A stretch of 38,806 bases of DNA from a virus. The DNA lies in IMG/VR virus record IMGVR_UViG_3300045988_052964, positions 1 to 38,806 of that record, one strand, 5' to 3'. Position 1 is the stretch's first letter; every line of letters starts with the position of its first letter. Of this stretch, positions 17,490 through 25,407 are shown in pieces. The notes below the pieces were generated by a model. That model made no database searches and was not told where the DNA came from. It worked only from the letters and a program-made list of their open reading frames with translations. Both the position numbers and the translations under genes were made by a program.

Positions 17490-17951
17490 ATGAATGAATT
17501 ACAAAAATTTAATTTTGAAGGTAACGATTTAGCAGTTAAGGAAATCGAAGGGCAAGTTTATTTCAATGCAGAACAAGCCGCTATTGGTTTGGGTTTGTTT
17601 GAAAAGAAGAATGGGAAAGTCTATGTACGCTGGAGAAACGTGTCTAAATATCTTTCGCAAGAAGTTGCGAAAGGCGATTTTATCACTGAACCACAATTTT
17701 ACAAGTTTGCTATTAAGGCAAACAATCCAGTTGCAGAAAAATTCCAAGATTGGGTCACGGATGAAGTATTACCTGCAATTCGTAAACATGGAGCTTACAT
17801 GACAGACGAGAAAGCTTTTGACGTTGTTCACAACGCTAGTGGATTAGCAGACTTACTACAACAAGCAGCCGACCAATTGAAGGCTAAAGATATTCAGATT
17901 GCAGAAAGGAAGCCTAAAGCATTGTTCACTGATAGTGTTGCCGTTTTATAA
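17490..17951 (+). CDS. Bro-N domain antirepressor-type protein truncated at the start of its KilAC domain
   Basis: Bro-N motifs (FNAEQAAIGLG, FQDWVTDEVLPAIRKHGAYM). The protein ends 8 codons after KPKALFTDSVA. Confidence 0.7.
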   Translation: MNELQKFNFEGNDLAVKEIEGQVYFNAEQAAIGLGLFEKKNGKVYVRWRNVSKYLSQEVAKGDFITEPQFYKFAIKANNPVAEKFQDWVTDEVLPAIRKHGAYMTDEKAFDVVHNASGLADLLQQAADQLKAKDIQIAERKPKALFTDSVAVL

Positions 17952-17969
17952 AAATCAAGGAGGAAAAAT

Positions 17970-18698
17970 ATGATGAATGAATTAATTAAAGTAACAGTTA
18001 AGGACAACCAACAATTAGTTAGTGCTAGAGACTTACACAAAGGGTTAGAACTTAAAAAGCAATTCACGGATTGGGTAAAACAAAATTTCGATGTATTTAT
18101 TGAGAATGAAGATTTTACGTTTACCCCTAGAAGTGTAAACATGCCAAACGGCGGGACAAAAGCGGTTAAAGATTACGCAATCACGGTAAGCATGGCGAAA
18201 GAATTAGCTATGATGAGTAGGACTAAAAAAGGAAAAGAGTATAGAAAATACTTTTTAAAATTAGAACAAGCTTGGAATAGTCCTGAAATGGTTATGAAAA
18301 GAGCTTTAGAAATTGCTAACAAGAAAGTAGAACAATTGAAACTTGAAAATCAAGAAATGAAGCCTAAAGCATTATTTGCGGATAGTGTTGCAGCAAGCCA
18401 TACAACAATTTTAATTGGCGAACTAGCTAAAATCTTACGTGGCAATGGAATTGATATTGGCGCTAATAGATTGTTCCGATGGATGCGAGACCAAGGCTAT
18501 CTTATCAGTAGAAAAGGGACGGACTACAATACGCCAACTCAGAAAAGTATGGATTTAGGGTTATTTAAGATTAAAGAGTCGACCGTTATACACAGTGATG
18601 ACTCAACATCTATCCGTAAGACAACTAAAGTTACCGGCAAAGGGCAACAGTATTTTATCAACAAGTTCATGAAGATGAAGGGGGAAGAAACATGCTAG
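17970..18698 (+). CDS. Antirepressor-type protein (AntA N-terminus plus full KilAC C-terminus)
   Basis: LVSARDLHKGLELKKQFTDWVKQNF is AntA-like. KPKALFADSVAASHTTILIGELAKIL... is KilAC-like. Confidence 0.7.
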   Translation: MMNELIKVTVKDNQQLVSARDLHKGLELKKQFTDWVKQNFDVFIENEDFTFTPRSVNMPNGGTKAVKDYAITVSMAKELAMMSRTKKGKEYRKYFLKLEQAWNSPEMVMKRALEIANKKVEQLKLENQEMKPKALFADSVAASHTTILIGELAKILRGNGIDIGANRLFRWMRDQGYLISRKGTDYNTPTQKSMDLGLFKIKESTVIHSDDSTSIRKTTKVTGKGQQYFINKFMKMKGEETC

Positions 18699-19207
18699 AG
18701 AATGAAGATTTCGAAATTGAAAAAGAAGCTTACGAGATTACAAGCACGGAAGAGGCGTTGCTGACGTTTGAACAAATATTTGATGAGCAAAGCAAGATTA
18801 AGAATTTGAAGGACAAAATAAAGCAAACTAAGAGCTTCTATGAAAATCAGATCAAGTATGAAGAGTTCAAAGTAGATAACCTTAAGAACGCTTTGCTTGC
18901 ATATTACGAGAAACAAAAGATGGCAAACCCTAAAGTTAAGATCAAATCACCATTCGGGAATTTTGTAAGTCACAAAGAAAAGCTAGATTTTGAACTTGAC
19001 GAAGAAAAATTAATTGAGAAATACAACGGAACTGATTTAGTTAAAACTACATCAACATTGTATAAAGGTGATTTAAAGAAACGCTTATCAGTTATCGGAG
19101 ACAAAGTAGTCGATACAGAAACAGGTGAAGTTGTAGATGGGGCTAATCCAGTAACTAAACCGGCTTATGTATCAGTATCAATCAAGAAACCTAAGGAGGA
19201 CAAATAA
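18692..19207 (+). CDS. Gp157-like / Gam-like coiled-coil recombination accessory protein
   Basis: 171-aa acidic coiled-coil protein immediately upstream of the ERF gene. Confidence 0.45.
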   Translation: MLENEDFEIEKEAYEITSTEEALLTFEQIFDEQSKIKNLKDKIKQTKSFYENQIKYEEFKVDNLKNALLAYYEKQKMANPKVKIKSPFGNFVSHKEKLDFELDEEKLIEKYNGTDLVKTTSTLYKGDLKKRLSVIGDKVVDTETGEVVDGANPVTKPAYVSVSIKKPKEDK

Positions 19208-19208
19208 T

Positions 19209-19886
19209 ATGCAAAGTGAAAATTTAGATAAGTTATTCAAAGGTATGAATACCTTCAGAAGTCAATTAAAACAACCAGCAAAGGACGCAAAGAACCCGTT
19301 CTTTAAATCTAATTACGTAACACTTGAAGGCGTTCAAAACGCAATAGATGCAGCTATTAAGGGCACAGGGCTTGCATATACTCAAATCGTTAAGAATGAC
19401 GATAACGGCAATGTAGGAGTTGAGACAATCATTACTCATGAAAGTGGGCAATATCTTACTACTGGGGTTCTTGCATTACGCCCAGAAAAAGCAACTCCTC
19501 AAGGTTATGGCTCTACTATCACATACGCCAAACGTTATCAATTAGCTTCAGCGTTCGGTGTCAGCTCAGATGTTGATGATGATGGAAACGTTGGGAGTGG
19601 AAACTTTAAGACACCAGCAAAAGGAAATTATCAACAAAACAATTATCAACAAAGTTATCAACAACCGAGACAACAAGTACAACAGAAACAGGTAAGCCTA
19701 GAAGTTGAATATAATAGCTTATTTAATAAAGTATTAAAAGCTTTAGGAACTGATAAAGATGATTTACAGGCTCGAATAAATGGCCAGTTAACCCAAATGT
19801 TCCCCGACGACACAAGAACAGAGGATAAGTTTAAACATGGAATTATGATTTTAAAAGGGCTCATAGAAAGCAAGGCTGATAAATAA
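19209..19886 (+). CDS. erf: ERF-family single-strand annealing protein
   Basis: NPFFKSNYVTLEGVQNAI...TYAKRYQLASAFGV. ATG 19209 with RBS AAGGAGGA. Confidence 0.75.
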   Translation: MQSENLDKLFKGMNTFRSQLKQPAKDAKNPFFKSNYVTLEGVQNAIDAAIKGTGLAYTQIVKNDDNGNVGVETIITHESGQYLTTGVLALRPEKATPQGYGSTITYAKRYQLASAFGVSSDVDDDGNVGSGNFKTPAKGNYQQNNYQQSYQQPRQQVQQKQVSLEVEYNSLFNKVLKALGTDKDDLQARINGQLTQMFPDDTRTEDKFKHGIMILKGLIESKADK

Positions 19887-20560
19887 TGTTTGGCAAGTTG
19901 ATCGGTATCCAAGGAAACGTGCTTAAAATCGTCCCTGACGAAGATTTAGACATAGCCAAGGTAAATAGACTCGCTAATGGTAAACAGCCCACAGTCGAGC
20001 TAAAAATAGCCGATAACAGGAAGATAAGCCCAGAACAACGTAAGAAAATATTTGCATTGATTAATGATCTATGTTCTTACACTGGAGATGTTCCAGAATA
20101 TTGGGAAACAGTATTTAAGTATCAAGTACGAGAAACGTTTGGAGTAGATGAGTTCAGCTTGTCTGACTGCTCCATCACGATAGGAAATTACATGATCTTG
20201 GTAATTTTAAATTTTATGTTTGAAGAAGATATACCTTTCAAGACTAAGACGTGGGATAGTTTGCCAAGCGAGTTTCCAAAACAAATGTTGTGTCTTAAAA
20301 ATAAGCGCTGTGTGTTGTGTGGTAAGCCTGCAGATATTGCACACTATCATGCTGTAGGAGCTGGTAGAAATCGAAATAAGATTAATCACGTTGGCAATTA
20401 CATCATGACTTTATGCAGAGAATGTCACACAGAGCAGCATAAGATAGGCGTTAAGAGTTTTCTTATGAAGTACCATATAAAGCCTATCAAAGTTACAGAA
20501 GATATAGCAAAACAATTTAAATTAGGAGTGATAGATAATGACATTACCAGAATTGATTGA
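19886..20560 (+). CDS. Putative HNHc-type nuclease
   Basis: C-terminal Cys/His cluster CVLCGKPADIAHYHAVG...LCRECHTEQH. Confidence 0.6.
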   Translation: MFGKLIGIQGNVLKIVPDEDLDIAKVNRLANGKQPTVELKIADNRKISPEQRKKIFALINDLCSYTGDVPEYWETVFKYQVRETFGVDEFSLSDCSITIGNYMILVILNFMFEEDIPFKTKTWDSLPSEFPKQMLCLKNKRCVLCGKPADIAHYHAVGAGRNRNKINHVGNYIMTLCRECHTEQHKIGVKSFLMKYHIKPIKVTEDIAKQFKLGVIDNDITRID

Positions 20561-20726
20561 ATTGAAACAAAAAATAGAAGTTTATAAGCGTCTGCTTTAC
20601 GGCGAAGCAATGACAACAACACCGCCAGAAATGAAGTTTAACATTTGGTTATCAGATTTTGAAGCTGCACAAGAAAAGCTATCAAATTTCATTTTAGAAA
20701 ACGAAGGTAAAGATATAATCTTTTAA
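20538..20726 (+). CDS. Hypothetical protein (62 aa)
   Basis: ORF overlapping the end of the upstream gene and followed by a terminator. Confidence 0.5.
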   Translation: MTLPELIELKQKIEVYKRLLYGEAMTTTPPEMKFNIWLSDFEAAQEKLSNFILENEGKDIIF

Positions 20727-20734
20727 AAATCAAA

Positions 20735-20766
20735 AGCATGCTGCTACTCGGCAGCATGTTTTTTTA
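20735..20766 (+). terminator. Intrinsic terminator
   Basis: 8-bp stem CATGCTGC/GCAGCATG with a 6-nt loop, followed by a T-run. Confidence 0.8.
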
Positions 20767-20801
20767 TTTGCTTAGAATTAACATAACAGGAGCCAAATAA
20801 A

Positions 20802-20870
20802 CGCGTTCTAAGACGTTTAACCCCTATCTAGTATAATTACACCCAAGATATATTTAAAACCGTTATACGC
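20802..20870 (+). repeat. Promoter-bearing repeat element, copy D (diverged)
   Basis: AGACGTTTAA at 20811, 21 bp upstream of TATAAT (20832-20837), followed by TTAAAACCGT. Confidence 0.5.
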
Positions 20871-20981
20871 ATGTTTTTTTACCAAATACAAGTAATCAAG
20901 AACATTATCTAAGTTAGATAACCAGTTAATTCACCTGATCCTGCATGATAATAAAAAAGGGCAAAAAAGTACACAAAAGTC

Positions 20982-21010
20982 TTGACAGAATAAATGTATT
21001 CAGCTATCAT
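20982..21010 (+). promoter_or_regulatory. Promoter (TTGACA, 17-bp spacer, TATCAT)
   Basis: -35 at 20982-20987 and -10 at 21005-21010. Confidence 0.65.
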
Positions 21011-21040
21011 TTAGGTATACTTATTGAAGGAGGAATTACA

Positions 21041-21229
21041 ATGCAACAAGTACAAACTGAGTATCTCAACTATAAAGAAACTATGAAGGTTCTAGGGTTA
21101 ACAAGCTACAAGGCTTTGCGACGTTACATTAAAGCAGGCTTGCCAGTAATTGAGGTTGCTAATTCAAAACGAATTAAGAAAAGTGACTTAGACGCCTTTA
21201 TGGCAGCGCACTATGCAAACAAAAAGTAG
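21041..21229 (+). CDS. Excisionase/MerR-like HTH DNA-binding protein
   Basis: ATG 21041 with RBS GAAGGAGG. YLNYKETMKVLGLTSYKALRRYIKAGLPV resembles the HTH_17 family. Confidence 0.6.
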   Translation: MQQVQTEYLNYKETMKVLGLTSYKALRRYIKAGLPVIEVANSKRIKKSDLDAFMAAHYANKK

Positions 21230-21290
21230 TAAAAAAAGATGAGTCAGTGAACTTATAACACCGAACGGGTGGGAAGCCCGTTAGGAAGGA

Positions 21291-22565
21291 ATGATAAACA
21301 TGGAAGAAAAGCCAAGTTACTATTCAATTTTGACCGCAAATGTTAGGTACGACGAAAGGCTAAGCGCAAATGAAAAAATATTATTTAGCGAAATTACTGC
21401 TTTATCCGGTAAGTATGGTTATTGCGCTGCTAGAAATGGATATTTCTCGAAACTATACAACGTTTCAGACAGAAGTATTACACGTTGGATCAAACACCTA
21501 AGAGAACTTGAATACTTAAAATATGTGCCAATCTATAAAGAAGGCTCGAAAGAAGTAGTCGAAAGAAGATTATATGCACTTGCTGACTCAAAACACCCCA
21601 TGGACAAACAAGTCTTAGGGGGTAGACAAAAATGTCTTCAAGGGGTAGACACAGATGTCGAGGATAATAATATAAATAATAATAATATAAATACTAATAA
21701 CTCTTTTACTCAAGATAGTATTAATACTAAAGGTATTGGTATCTTAGCTGAGAGCGATAACGATAATAAGAATAAAGATAAAACTAAGAATAAAGATAAA
21801 AATAAAAAAGATAATGATAATAAAGAGAATAATAGAGTTAAAGATAAAGAGAGTAATAGTAATATAAACAATAATAGTATTAATACTAATAAAGATCTTA
21901 AAGGCAATAGAGATAAAGATAGAGTTAATACTAATAAAGATCTTGAAGGCAATATAGATAATGAATGCAGTATAGATAAAAAGGAGAGCAAGGGAAGGGG
22001 TAGCAGTATTAATACTAAGATAGATAATACATGCAATATAGAGAATGAATGCAGCATAGAGAATGAAAAAAAACATACACATGGTATAGATAATAAATGC
22101 AGTATAGAGAATACATGCAATAAAGATCTTAAAGGCAGTAAAGATAATTTTGATTATAAAAGATTTATTGAATGGTTTAATGAATTAGCTAATAAGAACT
22201 TTAGAGATACAGAGACTAATAGAAAGATGATTAGATCTAGATTGAATGAAGGATATACAAAAGAGGATGTAGCTAAGGTAGTTAGACTTAAAGTGCAGCA
22301 ATGGAAAGATAACCAGAAGATGAATAAGTATCTAAGGTTTACCACATTATTTGCAGCTACTAACTTTAGTAATTATCTACAAGAAGCTGAAGATACCCTT
22401 GAACCACAGGAAAAGAAAAAAAGAGAAAGTTCCGCTAAAGAGAAAACAAGAAAAACAAACCCTGTTGAAGAGAAAATACAGCAATACAAATTATTCTTAA
22501 GTGAACATCCAGATAACAAAGTGATAAAAGAAGCACTAGAGCAACTTGAACAAAGCAAAGGATAG
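21291..22565 (+). CDS. Replication initiator/organizer (winged-helix N-terminus, low-complexity centre, conserved phage C-terminal domain)
   Basis: N-terminus YYSILTANVRYDERLSANEKILFSEI..SITRWIKHLRELEYL. C-terminus FIEWFNELANKNFR..NKYLRFTTLFAATNFSNY. The alternative start is ATG 21300. Confidence 0.65.
   Translation: MINMEEKPSYYSILTANVRYDERLSANEKILFSEITALSGKYGYCAARNGYFSKLYNVSDRSITRWIKHLRELEYLKYVPIYKEGSKEVVERRLYALADSKHPMDKQVLGGRQKCLQGVDTDVEDNNINNNNINTNNSFTQDSINTKGIGILAESDNDNKNKDKTKNKDKNKKDNDNKENNRVKDKESNSNINNNSINTNKDLKGNRDKDRVNTNKDLEGNIDNECSIDKKESKGRGSSINTKIDNTCNIENECSIENEKKHTHGIDNKCSIENTCNKDLKGSKDNFDYKRFIEWFNELANKNFRDTETNRKMIRSRLNEGYTKEDVAKVVRLKVQQWKDNQKMNKYLRFTTLFAATNFSNYLQEAEDTLEPQEKKKRESSAKEKTRKTNPVEEKIQQYKLFLSEHPDNKVIKEALEQLEQSKG
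21650..22150. repeat. AT-rich iteron cluster inside the initiator gene (candidate ori)
   Basis: Perfect 12-bp palindrome AGTATTAATACT at 21717, 21876 and 22005. AAAGATCTT[A/G]AAGGCA at 21891, 21936 and 22122. AATGCAGYATAGA occurs 3-4 times. Confidence 0.55.
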
Positions 22566-22884
22566 AATAGCTGATAGCACAGGATAGTCCTGTAAGGCTC
22601 TCAGAGGCTGTTACAGACGTTTTAGATAGTCTTGAGTATAATTACACCAAGAACACGTTAAAACGTCTTAGAGAGCATTATACGAGCTAAGAGAAAGAAA
22701 TAGAAAAACAAATGACTTGAGCAAAGCAAAGAATATGATTAGCTGATAACGCGGAATAGTCTTGTGAGGCTCTCAGAAGCTGCTACAGGGATTTTAAATG
22801 ACTCTGAGCATAATTATACTAGAAACACATTAAAACGTCTTAGAAGGCGTTATATGAGCAAATAAGAAAGGAATAAAGAAATGA
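22545..22884 (+). repeat. Tandem duplication of about 170 bp, two units (22545-22715 and 22716-22884), each carrying promoter-element copy A or B
   Basis: Both units start CTTGA[A/G]CAAAGCAAAG, contain AGGCTCTCAGA[G/A]G...[T/C]ATAAT...TAAAACGTCTTAGA, and end AAATGA. Confidence 0.75.
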
Positions 22885-24116
22885 ACGAAATAGAATTGAG
22901 AATTGTAGAGGCACTATTAAATAAACCAGAGCTGATCGATAGCACATACATCAATACAGATTGGTTTACTGAAATTAAGCTAAGAAACATTGTCGAAGCA
23001 ATGCAAAAGCTAGATCTACAAGAAAGGACATTGCTTAATGTCTTTACTGAGATGAATAATGACGGTAGTGTCGAATATAAGCATCTGGTAGATATGCAAG
23101 GTGAATTTGTTACAAGTGCTAGCTTCGGAAATGATGTCAAGTCGCTACACAAGCTATACGCACAACGTATACTAGAAACAAGCATGGACGTGTATAAGCA
23201 AAACCCAAAGAAACAAGAACTTACTAACTTGTCAGAAGCAATTGCAGAGTTATCAAAAATCGATGAAGCAGGAGACGATGGAAAACTTGAAGAAGCAATC
23301 GATGAGTTACAGGATAGATTAGCTTCAGGAAAACCAGTAGGAATTAAGAGCTTTGAAGGCCTAGACGACTTACTTGCTGGGGGCTTATACGGTTCTATGC
23401 TGTTTACCATTGGCGCTAGACCTAGTGTTGGTAAAACGGCTTACGCGGTCAATCTAGCCTATCAAATCATGAATAAAGATCCAGAGGTTCAAGTAGACTT
23501 TTTTACTCTTGAAATGAACAAAAGAGAAATGCTAAGCCGCTTTGTTTCAAGAAGCGCTAACGTGGATAGCCAAAGGTTAAAACAGCCTGCTAGTGATTTA
23601 GACCTAGCCTTTACCGAAATGGTTAGCGAAGGTATTAAGTGGGTTAGAACTCACAAAATAAGGATCTATGATAGAGTTTTAACTTTAGGCGGTATCTTAA
23701 GCATAATTAAAAAAAATGCTGCTAAAGCTAAACCAGACAAGTATGTTGCAATTATCGATTACATTGGTTTGGTTAAAGTGAACGGTAGACAAGATCGTTG
23801 GTTACAAGTTGGAAAAATTACACGAGAACTCAAAATTGTTGCTAACGAGTACAATGTTCCAGTGGTTGCGCTGGCTCAATTAAATCGTGGGGTAGAGGGT
23901 AGAAAAGATAAAGAACCTTTGCTTTCGGATTTGAGAGAGTCTGGCTCTATTGAACAAGACAGTAACGTTGTAGCGTTTCTATACCGGCCAGATGAGGACA
24001 ACAGGGAATTGGTTAAATTAGCCATCAGAAAGAACCGTGAGGGCTCACTGGGAGATATCAGTTATTACTTTAACGGCAAATATATGAATTTCCAAGAAAT
24101 GAGTGAGGATATATAA
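22881..24116 (+). CDS. dnaB: Replicative DNA helicase (DnaB-like)
   Basis: Walker A GARPSVGKT, Walker B VAIIDYIGLV, and ALAQLNRGVE..SDLRESGSIEQD. Confidence 0.85.
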   Translation: MNEIELRIVEALLNKPELIDSTYINTDWFTEIKLRNIVEAMQKLDLQERTLLNVFTEMNNDGSVEYKHLVDMQGEFVTSASFGNDVKSLHKLYAQRILETSMDVYKQNPKKQELTNLSEAIAELSKIDEAGDDGKLEEAIDELQDRLASGKPVGIKSFEGLDDLLAGGLYGSMLFTIGARPSVGKTAYAVNLAYQIMNKDPEVQVDFFTLEMNKREMLSRFVSRSANVDSQRLKQPASDLDLAFTEMVSEGIKWVRTHKIRIYDRVLTLGGILSIIKKNAAKAKPDKYVAIIDYIGLVKVNGRQDRWLQVGKITRELKIVANEYNVPVVALAQLNRGVEGRKDKEPLLSDLRESGSIEQDSNVVAFLYRPDEDNRELVKLAIRKNREGSLGDISYYFNGKYMNFQEMSEDI

Positions 24117-24523
24117 TGAGTTACATGGATTACAACCAGTTTCAAAGCCTCATGGTCGAGAATGGTTATCAAAAGTCTAAAGCAGTTGGTGTGTATCTGG
24201 ACAAGGCAATGCACTACAACAAAATGATCAAGAGTATTAAAGCAAACGTCAAAGATAAAGCCCCAGTAGTCAAGACCAAAATGGAAAAGTTTATCAAGTT
24301 GTATGATAACAAGCGAATTGAGGCGGTGTGGGGTGCGATTAAAGTAGCTGAATTAGAGAAGCTACAGGGTTGGAAATTTATTGAAGATGGTGAAGGATTT
24401 GTTCTACAACTGCAGATTAAGTATCAAGGAAATTTGAAGAAAGCTACTGAATTTGAAAAGAAGCAAGTTGAGTTAGCAACTCTTTATGAACAAGCACACA
24501 AGAAAGGTGGATTACATGACTAA
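24116..24523 (+). CDS. Hypothetical protein
   Basis: 135-aa ORF with an ATGA overlap with the helicase gene. Confidence 0.55.
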   Translation: MSYMDYNQFQSLMVENGYQKSKAVGVYLDKAMHYNKMIKSIKANVKDKAPVVKTKMEKFIKLYDNKRIEAVWGAIKVAELEKLQGWKFIEDGEGFVLQLQIKYQGNLKKATEFEKKQVELATLYEQAHKKGGLHD

Positions 24524-24749
24524 CGAATACAAACAAGGCCAACAAGATATGTTAGCACTAATTAAAGACGCATACTATAAAACTGACAAATCAGAGTTTG
24601 AACGCTTACTTGATACAGGTGACGAGAACGAAGTACAAGAATTCTTAAGGCACGATTATATCCAGCAAGGCATGGAGATTGAAAGAACTAGACTTTTAGG
24701 AGAAATAAGGGAGCTTGCAGAAAAACATGGAATTGATATTCAACATTGA
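24516..24749 (+). CDS. Hypothetical protein
   Basis: ATG 24516 with RBS GAAAGGTGG. Confidence 0.5.
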   Translation: MTNEYKQGQQDMLALIKDAYYKTDKSEFERLLDTGDENEVQEFLRHDYIQQGMEIERTRLLGEIRELAEKHGIDIQH

Positions 24750-25140
24750 ACCACAACAGCAAGAACGGCCTAGAGCAACAGGGCGCGGCAAATTTATTCG
24801 AATGTATGATCCACCTAAAACAGCAAAATTCAAGGAACAGTTGCGAGCATTGGCGACAGAAATATATCACGATGCACCACTTGAAGGCGAAATTTATCTT
24901 AAGGTAGCCTTCTATCGAAAGATCCAAAAGAGTATATCGAAAAAAGAACACGATAGACGGGTCTCAGGAGCACACAGACCGATTGTAAAACCGGATCTTT
25001 CAAATTACCTCAAGGCGTTTGAAGATGCTTTAAACGGGATTATATGGGCAGATGACGCGATGATCGTTCACGAAGAAATCGATAAGTATTATTCAGACGA
25101 ACCAAGAATAGAAGTTGAAATTAAAGTAAAGGAGGTCTAA
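24715..25140 (+). CDS. rusA: RusA-family Holliday junction resolvase
   Basis: PQQQERPRAT..., KPDLSNYLKAFEDALNGIIWADDAMIV. The start may be ATG 24727. Confidence 0.75.
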   Translation: MQKNMELIFNIEPQQQERPRATGRGKFIRMYDPPKTAKFKEQLRALATEIYHDAPLEGEIYLKVAFYRKIQKSISKKEHDRRVSGAHRPIVKPDLSNYLKAFEDALNGIIWADDAMIVHEEIDKYYSDEPRIEVEIKVKEV

Positions 25141-25194
25141 AAAAATGAAGCATTTAAGCAAAATCAAATTTAAATATTCAAACTGATTAACAAT

Positions 25195-25298
25195 GTAGAA
25201 TAGTTTTAAAAGGCTCTCAGAGGACGATACAGACGTTTTAAACAGTTCTGAGTATAATTAACCATAGAAGTTTCAAAAGCTCTTAGAAGACAATTTTA
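25195..25298 (+). repeat. Promoter-bearing repeat element, copy C
   Basis: AGGCTCTCAGAGG at 25211, AGACGTTTTA at 25231, TATAAT at 25253. Confidence 0.65.
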
Positions 25299-25346
25299 GG
25301 GGCTTTTATTTTTTTACACAAAAATATATTTTTTAGCAAAAAAGTG

Positions 25347-25374
25347 TTGACAAGTAATATATACGTGTTATGAT
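25347..25374 (+). promoter_or_regulatory. Strong promoter (TTGACA, 16-bp spacer, TGT-TATGAT extended -10)
   Basis: -35 at 25347-25352 and -10 at 25369-25374. Confidence 0.65.
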
Positions 25375-25407
25375 AAGAGTGTAATCAAAAGCAAGGAGGA
25401 CAAACAA

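Noticed and set aside
21710-22120. Two overlapping minus-strand ORFs (136 and 112 aa) in the initiator gene repeat region
   Set aside because: They are Leu/Ser/Ile/Phe low-complexity translations of the AT-rich iteron region, antisense to the initiator gene. They are an artefact of the repeats.
22712-22720. ATG ACT TGA mini-ORF with an RBS in the first tandem unit
   Set aside because: It is a by-product of duplicating the dnaB translation start and is not a gene. It is noted under the tandem-duplication finding.
22850-23410. 186-aa minus-strand ORF opposite the helicase gene, and similar antisense ORFs at 36993-37858
   Set aside because: They are antisense to genes with clear catalytic motifs and have Ser/Leu-rich low-complexity translations with no RBS.
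25145-25186. 13-codon ORF (MKHLSKIKFKYSN) with an excellent AAGGAGG RBS just after rusA
   Set aside because: The RBS is simply the last codons of rusA, and the peptide is too short to support from sequence alone.
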